Below are positions 27,030-34,732 of a stretch of DNA of 45,699 bases, in pieces. Source of the DNA: a virus; the IMG/VR virus record IMGVR_UViG_3300031949_000070, positions 1 through 45,699 of that record; one strand, 5' to 3'. The position numbers were made by a program, and so were the translations under genes. Positions within the stretch are counted from its first letter, which is position 1; the number at the start of each line of letters is the position of its first letter. The notes beneath the pieces were generated by a model. It had not been told where the DNA came from, searched no databases, and saw only the letters and a program-made list of their open reading frames with translations.

Positions 27030-27394
27030 TATTCCACCGGATATCCTTCATTGTCCAATATCTGCTTAATAACGTCAGGTTTGGTTAGTCCCCGGTCTTC
27101 TCTAGTAAGTCCAGCCATACTACGAAGTTCTCCCCAGGGTATAGTTTGCAGTTCCACGTTCCGTTCGCCCCTGGTTAATTTTCTTTCGGGTTGTGGTTCA
27201 ACGACAGGAGTACCCTTTTTTATTGGCAAAAAGGTTTCCGGGTCAAACTCCTGCTTCCTGTTTGGCCCATTCCATGTGCCAGGAACGTCATCAAATTGGT
27301 ACAATACCTGTCCTTTACGAAATACTTTGGTATAATTACCTTTAGACTCATCCACTTTAGGATTTACCTTAACCGTTACCCTGTTATTTGCCAT
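27029..27394 (-). CDS. Hypothetical protein with a Rho-N/SAP-like C-terminal helix pair
   Basis: 121 aa with an AGGAGAAG RBS. The C-terminus is WGELRSMAGLTREDRGLTKPDVIKQIL. Confidence 0.5.
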   Translation of the reverse strand: MANNRVTVKVNPKVDESKGNYTKVFRKGQVLYQFDDVPGTWNGPNRKQEFDPETFLPIKKGTPVVEPQPERKLTRGERNVELQTIPWGELRSMAGLTREDRGLTKPDVIKQILDNEGYPVE

Positions 27395-27402
27395 AACTTC
27401 TC

Positions 27403-28392
27403 CTATTTAGATACCATACAGATTTCACAAACCGATCCAGACAGAGCAGATTGCCCCTGTTCTATAGTTTTTATATGCGCTTTACGCAAATTCTGGAATT
27501 TATCCGAATTCCACTGCTGCATAAAGTTTTCACCATCCAATTTGCCCATATCAAACTTATCATCTGCCCCAAAACAACAGGCGGACAATCCACCATCTAC
27601 CCGGACATGCCCCTCCGTAAATATTGACCAACATGGCAATCCTGGACGGATAGGTTTGCCAGTTTCATCATCTATCCTGCCCATATTGCCGATTGTTGGA
27701 GTATACCCCATTGCTGACTTTATTTTATCGGCATACATGCCCATTTGGTATAACGGAAGCCAATAATGTTTATCTACATATGGACTGATTTCCTCTTCAA
27801 TAAATTTCAGAAACTTTTCCTTTTCAGAATTATCATAAAGGATAGAACTTGCCGACAACAAGGTTTTATATCCGCCAAGTTCCTTTAATCTATGGGCAAT
27901 TCTGAGAGTTTTTATGACATTATGGTATAACTCCTGGCTCCGTCCGGTAACTTCACTGAACCGTTCAGGTGAATTGAAGTTGATAGACCACTTCAAAGAA
28001 TCCAGACCACCTTCCATCAACTCTTTCAGGAGATTTGAAGTTACCAACGTAGCATTCGAGGTAAGGAATACCCAGTTAAATTCCAGTTGTTTGCACCACT
28101 TAAGCGCATTTACCAGTAAACCAGGTACGAGCGTTGATTCTCCAAGATAGAATAATCCGACTTCCTCAACTCCTGATCGTTTCATGTCTTCGGTAATCTT
28201 TTTGAAGAAATCTAAATCCATATCCTGATTTCCAGTAATTACCCGGTTTCTGGTAACGCAATATTTACACCGAAGGTTACATCTTGAAGTCAACTCAATC
28301 TTAACACTCTTTGGTGGGGGTTGGAATCCACCTGCAAGTATCCTTTTCTGCCCTATCTTCGTTACAGCATCAATCTTTTGGGTAATATCCAT
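27403..28392 (-). CDS. Radical SAM enzyme with a C-terminal SPASM/twitch-like Cys cluster
   Basis: CNLRCKYC (CxxxCxxC) near the N-terminus. A GESTL motif occupies the GGEP position. C-terminal Cys residues are CWSIF...GGLSACCFG...SVCEIC. Confidence 0.8.
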   Translation of the reverse strand: MDITQKIDAVTKIGQKRILAGGFQPPPKSVKIELTSRCNLRCKYCVTRNRVITGNQDMDLDFFKKITEDMKRSGVEEVGLFYLGESTLVPGLLVNALKWCKQLEFNWVFLTSNATLVTSNLLKELMEGGLDSLKWSINFNSPERFSEVTGRSQELYHNVIKTLRIAHRLKELGGYKTLLSASSILYDNSEKEKFLKFIEEEISPYVDKHYWLPLYQMGMYADKIKSAMGYTPTIGNMGRIDDETGKPIRPGLPCWSIFTEGHVRVDGGLSACCFGADDKFDMGKLDGENFMQQWNSDKFQNLRKAHIKTIEQGQSALSGSVCEICMVSK

Positions 28393-29828
28393 TACGACCG
28401 CCCCCTATTGGCTATAATAATTAACCTGTTATCATTTTGTCCGATTTCGCAAATTTGAAATCGTTTTTTAATCTGCGGTATCCAAACATCATCAGCCGGA
28501 TATAAAGATATGTGGGCATTTCGGCCATCAGGTAACATTTTTTTTGCAGGTGTAAGACAAATGCTGAGATATATTACCTTTTTGGTTAGTCTTTGCAATT
28601 CATCCAGGACGTTTTCCAGGCATTCCGGTTCTACATGTTCCAGAACGTCCGTGCAAATTACCAAATCAGCCGGTTGAGGTAAATTTATATTATCAATTGC
28701 AGGGTCATATCCAAACATCCTGACCCCTGTAATTTTAGGCCAGGCAGCAGCCAATCTTCGTTTACCACAACCATAATCCAAAACTGTCAGCGAATTATTA
28801 TTACTTTTGGCAATCTGCCCGGCTAGAAATGCAGTATCCTTAACATAAAATTGTCCACTTACCCCAAATTCCTGTTGATTTTCATGATATTTCCTCAAAA
28901 GTTCCCGATATTCAGGAGTAATCAAAAGATTGGTTTTTCTGACAGACCTACATTCATCTTCTTTTTCCAATTTAGCAGTCAGACTATCGCCAAAAATAGT
29001 GAATTTTATATGTGCCAGACGGTATTTCCACTTTATATATTGTCGGGCCTGGGAAGCGAACACCGGAGTAGTCAGGTAAATTGACCCATCCTCAGTTTTG
29101 GATTCCATGATATCTTCATGCCTATCTTTATCATAAGAATAATAAATCGGCTTACCATCTTCTTTAGAAAAATTAAAAAAGCAACTATCGAATCCATAAA
29201 ATTCAACCTTGCGGTATCCCAGAACATCTGCCAGTGTCATGGCCCTAAGCCCAGCCATTGAACCCCCGCAAAGTGGGGTTATCTCTTCTGTGGGCATCAA
29301 CATGTTTACCAAATGATAATCCAGTTGCTTCTCACCTATATTGCAGAATGAAAACAACCGGGTTACATTGTGTTCTTTCAGCGAATGGAACACCTTTGGG
29401 GTACATTGGGCTGCGATAAGATATTTCACATCTTTATGTGGGGTTTTTACATCATTAACCTTAGATTCCTTTGGGTCAATCATAAAAAAATAATCGGGGA
29501 CTATAGATTCCGATATAAGCCAATCATGAGTTTTATTGCTACAAAAAATATCGTAATTATTCTTATCATTTTTTTTCCTTCTTATGTCTTCGATAAAATC
29601 TTTGGCAGTAGTACCACCACAAACCATAACCATAGTTCGGTCATGTGGCTGGTCTACCTTTAAATTTGGTAAGTCCAACATGCAGTTCTGCGCTACATGC
29701 CGAAGATAAGTTAGGTCATCAACCGGACATTGTCCCCCTTCTGGGGGTGGCATCCAACCATCCGCATCTTTAAGATGCTCGAAGGTTTTAAAGTTGCCTG
29801 ATATTGGTTTTGCTGTATTTGGATTCAT
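28392..29828 (-). CDS. DUF115 (Maf/MptE-like) domain fused to a class I SAM-dependent methyltransferase
   Basis: N-terminal half is MVMVCGGTTAKDF...IFCSNKTHDWLISESIVPDYFFMIDP. C-terminal half is VLDYGCGKRRLA...GYDP...ADLVICTDVLEHVEPE. ATG 29828 is preferred over TTG 29852. Its stop overlaps the radical-SAM start (TAATG). Confidence 0.65.
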   Translation of the reverse strand: MNPNTAKPISGNFKTFEHLKDADGWMPPPEGGQCPVDDLTYLRHVAQNCMLDLPNLKVDQPHDRTMVMVCGGTTAKDFIEDIRRKKNDKNNYDIFCSNKTHDWLISESIVPDYFFMIDPKESKVNDVKTPHKDVKYLIAAQCTPKVFHSLKEHNVTRLFSFCNIGEKQLDYHLVNMLMPTEEITPLCGGSMAGLRAMTLADVLGYRKVEFYGFDSCFFNFSKEDGKPIYYSYDKDRHEDIMESKTEDGSIYLTTPVFASQARQYIKWKYRLAHIKFTIFGDSLTAKLEKEDECRSVRKTNLLITPEYRELLRKYHENQQEFGVSGQFYVKDTAFLAGQIAKSNNNSLTVLDYGCGKRRLAAAWPKITGVRMFGYDPAIDNINLPQPADLVICTDVLEHVEPECLENVLDELQRLTKKVIYLSICLTPAKKMLPDGRNAHISLYPADDVWIPQIKKRFQICEIGQNDNRLIIIANRGRS

Positions 29829-29880
29829 AATCTCCCATAAGGGAGGGGACAATTTGTCCCCTCCCCATATCCCAACCCCT

Positions 29881-30309
29881 TTAGTTCGGGCCGTTACCTA
29901 CGAGACTGGCTCCTGGCAATACCATGTACTCATAGTGGATACGATACTGCCCACCGGCATTCACATGCCGGATAGCAATATAGTCACCCATAGAATGCAG
30001 GGTATTTGAAGAGGCCAAAGTTATACAGAATGTGCTTGGAGCAGTTCCAGGCAGAGACCCTACCGAGATGGTAGTACCCGGAGTCAGGGTAGCGATAGTA
30101 GCCGCAACCCCACCAGCGGTTCGGATAACGCTGAGTTGCTCGTCAGCACTACCCACAGAGATAGTCTCGATGTTTACCGCTCTAACCACGATAGGATTGC
30201 GGGAACGGATAACCGCTCCATCTGTGGCACTGGCAACATCATGGTCAAAGGATTCTGACCGGAACAACACCTGGAACATCGGATGATCGGAATTATAAAA
30301 ATTAGACAT
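29881..30309 (-). CDS. Small beta-rich protein next to the capsid gene (decoration protein or modification substrate?)
   Basis: 142-aa Ser/Thr/Gly/Ala-rich ORF. Function inferred from position only. Confidence 0.5.
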   Translation of the reverse strand: MSNFYNSDHPMFQVLFRSESFDHDVASATDGAVIRSRNPIVVRAVNIETISVGSADEQLSVIRTAGGVAATIATLTPGTTISVGSLPGTAPSTFCITLASSNTLHSMGDYIAIRHVNAGGQYRIHYEYMVLPGASLVGNGPN

Positions 30310-30351
30310 TAAAACTCACCTTCTTTCAATGGCAAGAAAAACATATACCAT

Positions 30352-30406
30352 GGGGTCATCATAAAGTAATTGATTGTCATTCTGCCAATTGCTTTATGAT
30401 GACCCC
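30352..30406 (-). terminator. 15-bp perfect stem-loop downstream of the capsid gene
   Basis: GGGGTCATCATAAAG (30352-66) pairs with CTTTATGATGACCCC (30392-406) across a 25-nt loop. A T-rich run follows on the minus strand after a short gap. Confidence 0.55.
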
Positions 30407-30420
30407 GTGTTAGTCAAGCA

Positions 30421-31389
30421 CTAGGCCGCAGAATCCCATTTAATGATTCTGGCGTTGGCAGCAGCAGCCCATTCCAGTTTATATCCACCCATGAAAAACC
30501 AACCCAATCCATACCACAGGCCATAATTAGACGGTTCTTTTGCCCTAATTTCTTCTGGTAAAACAATTGCCTCCCTTACAGTAGGCGAACCGAACAGATA
30601 AGCCGGACTGGACTTTGCGTTGCTCCATGAAATCGCAGTAAATGTACGTGCATCCTCGTCATAGACATAAGAACATGCCTGATTGTCTTCGATGATACGA
30701 ACACCATCAACCCTGCCAACTTCTCCATTGGCAATGCGTTCATATCCGCTCTGGGTGTATTGATTAATGGATTGCATGGCATTTTTAAGGTTACGAATAG
30801 CCTTATTCCCACCAATCAGGACATAATCGCCATCAGCCGCAGAGTATCCAGGTACATTACGAGTTTTCAGTTCATCTACCATTACTCCCAAATGATACAA
30901 ATTCAATTCGGAGTTATTAGTAGCACTGGCAGCACCCCCGGTTTTCAGTTCACCACCAGAAGCGGTAGTCGCAGTATACCGTAACGGGGTCTGATTAAAT
31001 TGCCGCTCGATTACGGAATCTATGACCTTAGCGAAATCATCCTGCAAACCCTGGCGGATAATGTCTTTAAGTTGAAATTCGCTTAAAGTTTGCACCTTAA
31101 ATCCAAAATCCACAGTATTACAATACATCTTTACAGATACATCATTCCAGGCAAGTTCCTGCTTTGTTGCCCAGGCTAAATCATCTTCGTTTAATACACC
31201 TCCAGGAGAAGCGAGATTTGAAACTTGCAACCAACTGACTTTTTCTCCTCGGTTTTTCCCCATCGCTGGTTCAGGTGTAACGAACGGTCTGAACCTCATT
31301 AATGGCTGTGCAACCTTTTGAAATTGCATAGTCAATTGATTATTAGTTAAATACCCAGACTGGGCTGCCCAGGTCATCGGATTAGCCAT
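30421..31389 (-). CDS. Major capsid protein
   Basis: 322 aa, directly after the scaffold-like gene, with a strong RBS and followed by a large hairpin. Assigned by size and position. Confidence 0.6.
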   Translation of the reverse strand: MANPMTWAAQSGYLTNNQLTMQFQKVAQPLMRFRPFVTPEPAMGKNRGEKVSWLQVSNLASPGGVLNEDDLAWATKQELAWNDVSVKMYCNTVDFGFKVQTLSEFQLKDIIRQGLQDDFAKVIDSVIERQFNQTPLRYTATTASGGELKTGGAASATNNSELNLYHLGVMVDELKTRNVPGYSAADGDYVLIGGNKAIRNLKNAMQSINQYTQSGYERIANGEVGRVDGVRIIEDNQACSYVYDEDARTFTAISWSNAKSSPAYLFGSPTVREAIVLPEEIRAKEPSNYGLWYGLGWFFMGGYKLEWAAAANARIIKWDSAA

Positions 31390-31404
31390 AATTTTTCACA
31401 CTCC

Positions 31405-32229
31405 TTAATAAATAATCTTTCGCCCTTTAATGTAATTATCGAAAGTGTTGGGTTTTTCTTCTTCCTCTTTTTTGGTGTCATTACTTCCAGGTCGGGTTAT
31501 TAGGTTCGCCCCAACTTTTTTGGCATCCTTTGCCGCATTCTTCTGACTTCTGGAAAGTGCGATAAGTTTCGGATAAACTATCTCTCTGTAAACCCGCTTC
31601 AATTCTTCCGGGTTCGCATAATCCTCATCCTCAGCGCCATCTGCTTCCAAGGCTTTGCCTACTTGTACCCTGAAATCAGAAAATCCTGGGAACCCTTCAG
31701 CTTCCAGGTCAGCAGACACCTTTGACACCAAAGTTTCCGTTTCAGCTTGAAACTTTTTCACAGAATCCGCTTCCGTTTTTCCGTTCAACTTAGATATCTG
31801 CTGTTCCAGAAGATAGACCTTTTTTTCAAGTGGAGACATACTTTCCAGGTCAACGTTATCGGCCCCAGGAGCCGGAAATTCGCTGGTACGTTTTACTACC
31901 AGGTCTGCCACTTGCTGTTTCAACTGCCTTATTTCGGCCTTCATCTTCTTGTTTGCAACTCTGGCCTCATCCAAGGCAGCCAAAGGAACAGTCTTCTTGC
32001 TCCTATCCTCTTCTTTAACAACAGGGGGGTCTTCCTCTTCGTGAGGATACTCCAATTCAACGGAAGTTTTTTCTGGTTCTCCATTTTCGGCTGGAGCAGC
32101 CGATTCCGCATTTTGTTTTGCGGGTATTTCCTCTCCTTTATCGGAAGGAGTGACCGGAACATCAGCCATGGACGCATACAGTGCGGCCCGCTGTTTTTCT
32201 GCTGCGGTTAAAATTGCTTCTTCTGGCAT
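31405..32229 (-). CDS. Scaffolding protein
   Basis: 274-aa acidic, Glu/Lys-rich, coiled-coil-type sequence between the portal and capsid genes. Confidence 0.55.
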   Translation of the reverse strand: MPEEAILTAAEKQRAALYASMADVPVTPSDKGEEIPAKQNAESAAPAENGEPEKTSVELEYPHEEEDPPVVKEEDRSKKTVPLAALDEARVANKKMKAEIRQLKQQVADLVVKRTSEFPAPGADNVDLESMSPLEKKVYLLEQQISKLNGKTEADSVKKFQAETETLVSKVSADLEAEGFPGFSDFRVQVGKALEADGAEDEDYANPEELKRVYREIVYPKLIALSRSQKNAAKDAKKVGANLITRPGSNDTKKEEEEKPNTFDNYIKGRKIIY

Positions 32230-32258
32230 ACAATTTTCCTTTCACCTTTTACGGAAGG

Positions 32259-32597
32259 TTACCGATGATTTGTTTCGGGCAAATCACCCGTTGATTTTGC
32301 CAAGTCAAAGGCATTTTTGCCTTCGTCATACAAATTTTTGGTGATATTAAGAATAAAATTCCCATAAAATTCCATTTTGGTTTTAGCTATTGCAATCTTC
32401 ATCCTATTTTCCACTGAAATTTCACCCTTTATAGCAACTTCCATACCAATGTTACTTAGAATAACCTTAGTCCTTTCGGCAACTTCAAATGACAATCTCT
32501 CAATCAGTTGCCAGGCAAGGTCATTTTTCAATTTATCGGCCAACACACCATCATCCATTTTCTGCGCCAATAATTCCAAATCTTCTTTTTGAATCAT
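32259..32597 (-). CDS. Hypothetical head-module protein
   Basis: 112-aa ORF. Its start overlaps the portal stop. Confidence 0.5.
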   Translation of the reverse strand: MIQKEDLELLAQKMDDGVLADKLKNDLAWQLIERLSFEVAERTKVILSNIGMEVAIKGEISVENRMKIAIAKTKMEFYGNFILNITKNLYDEGKNAFDLAKSTGDLPETNHR

Positions 32598-34399
32598 TGC
32601 ATCATCCCCATTCCAGGCTTTATTCCACCACCAACTTGCGGAGCAAGTGTTCCCTGGATATTGGCCGGGCCACCACTATTACCTTGTTCCGGTATTGGAG
32701 GATTGGCATTAAACAGGTATTTTCGATAATTCTTCATGCCCAAATCCGGCAACACATCTTCCATTACAGCGGTAATATCGAACAATTTTGCCCCTTGCGG
32801 CAAAGCGCCAGGCACTTGAAGCAACCCGACTGTAACCTGGTTAGATAAAACCATCTTATCAATTGCCAGAAATTGTTGTTGAAGCCTAAACCCTCTGGAT
32901 ACCTTATCTAATCCTACAGTCAGGATTATATCAGCCTCAAAATCGTCTATATCGAGAATGTTTTCCTCTTGTGGCATTAAGGTACTCTTTTTCCTGAGCA
33001 CCTCATTGGCTACCCGGAACACATTTTTGTCAGTCTCAAATAACTGTATCAGGTTTGCCAATTGTAGATAGAATCCCCGCATAAAGGTTTCTCCTACCAT
33101 GGCAATAAGTAAATCCAGTTTGGCGTTACTCTCATTCAGGTTTATCTGGGCTACAGTGGCCTTTGCCTCCATACTTCCAGAACCTTGTTTGATTGGGGTC
33201 ACACCAGACAGTTCATTCATCATGGCTTCATCGGCAGCCACTTCCTGGTATGCTCCAAGGGTAACGTTTGCAGTTGGCAACTGAGTTACGGCAGCCTGGG
33301 CATCATCAGCCAGGACAACACCCCCAACCCGAACGTTTACCAGACTAGCAAGGTCAACATTTGCATACCGATTAACTATACTCATTGGACTCATGCCAAG
33401 AGCAAGCTCATCCTTGCGCATATTCAGGATAGAATTGATACTTTCCTGTGGCCCCTCCAGCACCTGTGGAAACCCTTCCCCAATGAGTTTATGCGCTTCG
33501 ATTAAACCCATTCCGATCACCACAGGAAAACAGTAATTTCCAAATAGTGAATCCACCGGTTCTTTCAGTAATTGTTCGACCCCAAGAGATACCGCAAATT
33601 TAATCTTGCCTTTTTCACGCCAGAATATTTCCCATACTTCATACTTTTCTGAGGTATCTTGTTTTTCCTGGGTTGAAAGTTTATCTGGGGCAGGATATTT
33701 ATTCTCACTCACCACCTGTTGAGGGTCAGTCTGGCCTGAATATCTTGCTGCACGAACAGAATTAGAAGGCATAGAAGATTCCGGCAATTCAGATATATCA
33801 ATTTTATCCAAGTATCCCTGTTCTCTCATCCAATCTTCAGATTTATAATTTCGGAATATTATATATTGCATTTGGGAAGGAGTTTCAGCAGACATGTCAA
33901 CCGAAACCTGTTCAGGTGGATACAATACGAAACAAGGCCGGTCTTCATCCTCCAGCCATGTCATTTTAGCAACCGCCCATGAACAATCCCAAATATCCTG
34001 GAATGCCTGGATAAACTGAACATAAAGGTCATCCCGCCGCCGCATTTGCCGTATCCGATACTCCATCATAGCCTGTAATACTTCGGCCTTACGAGGATCA
34101 TCTATGGTATCCACACCTTCAACCTTAAAGGTGTCCATATCCCGAAGATATGCTTCGTAAAAAGTTGCAACCGTTCGACAACGTTCAGCCCAGATTTTGC
34201 GAAAGAAAATCTTGGCTTTCCCTCGAACTTTAGATTTTAAATATTCATCTCCTGGAAAAATACCCTTAATTAACTGGATATTTTTAGACCAGCGGGAAAA
34301 ATATGCCGATTGTAAGGTTTCACTTTCCTTGTTCCAGCCGGAAACCTTATTCAGGAATTCTTTTTCATCAAAAGTAGGTTTTGTGTCTTTATTTTCCAT
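32594..34399 (-). CDS. Portal protein
   Basis: 601 aa, located between the terminase and scaffold/capsid genes. Assigned by size and synteny. Confidence 0.6.
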   Translation of the reverse strand: MENKDTKPTFDEKEFLNKVSGWNKESETLQSAYFSRWSKNIQLIKGIFPGDEYLKSKVRGKAKIFFRKIWAERCRTVATFYEAYLRDMDTFKVEGVDTIDDPRKAEVLQAMMEYRIRQMRRRDDLYVQFIQAFQDIWDCSWAVAKMTWLEDEDRPCFVLYPPEQVSVDMSAETPSQMQYIIFRNYKSEDWMREQGYLDKIDISELPESSMPSNSVRAARYSGQTDPQQVVSENKYPAPDKLSTQEKQDTSEKYEVWEIFWREKGKIKFAVSLGVEQLLKEPVDSLFGNYCFPVVIGMGLIEAHKLIGEGFPQVLEGPQESINSILNMRKDELALGMSPMSIVNRYANVDLASLVNVRVGGVVLADDAQAAVTQLPTANVTLGAYQEVAADEAMMNELSGVTPIKQGSGSMEAKATVAQINLNESNAKLDLLIAMVGETFMRGFYLQLANLIQLFETDKNVFRVANEVLRKKSTLMPQEENILDIDDFEADIILTVGLDKVSRGFRLQQQFLAIDKMVLSNQVTVGLLQVPGALPQGAKLFDITAVMEDVLPDLGMKNYRKYLFNANPPIPEQGNSGGPANIQGTLAPQVGGGIKPGMGMMQ

Positions 34400-34416
34400 A
34401 AGTTCCAGCCAATAAA

Positions 34417-34471
34417 AAAGGGTTATCAGGTATAGGCATAATGCCTAACCCGATAACCCTTTAGTTATCGG
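34417..34471 (-). terminator. Intrinsic-terminator-like hairpin plus a competing upstream hairpin, just before the portal start
   Basis: An 11-bp stem (34417-27 with 34452-62) is followed on the minus strand by TTTTTTATT. A second stem, CCGATAAC (34450-57) with GTTATCGG (34464-71), shares bases 34452-57, so the two are mutually exclusive. Confidence 0.5.
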
Positions 34472-34552
34472 TGTTTCAGGTGCGAATCAAAGGAATCGCT
34501 AAAGCCTGGCCGGGCTTCCCTGAATTAAGTTGTTAAAACAATTACTACTAAA

Positions 34553-34732
34553 TTAAGGTTTTCTCCTAACTGTTTTTTTCGTATCCTCAGTTTCTATTAT
34601 CCGCATCCCATCAATACGTCCCCTGTTTGGGTTATTTATGAAACAACTCTCATGTGCTTTACGATTATATTCATCTAACCAATCCTTTGGTTCCCCTGTC
34701 ATATTTTCTAGATAATAACAATATTTTTCCAT
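34553..34732 (-). CDS. Small hypothetical protein (59 aa)
   Basis: ATG overlaps the TerL stop (TAATG). Sequence begins MEKYCYYLENMTGEPKDWLDEYNRKAHE... Confidence 0.45.
   Translation of the reverse strand: MEKYCYYLENMTGEPKDWLDEYNRKAHESCFINNPNRGRIDGMRIIETEDTKKTVRRKP

Noticed and set aside
27403-28392. Radical-SAM gene as QueE (7-deazaguanine DNA modification) or a viperin-like enzyme.
   Set aside because: No QueC, QueD or DpdA-type partners are present. The protein is longer than QueE and has a C-terminal Cys cluster typical of SPASM/twitch enzymes. Its neighbours are structural genes and a DUF115-methyltransferase fusion.
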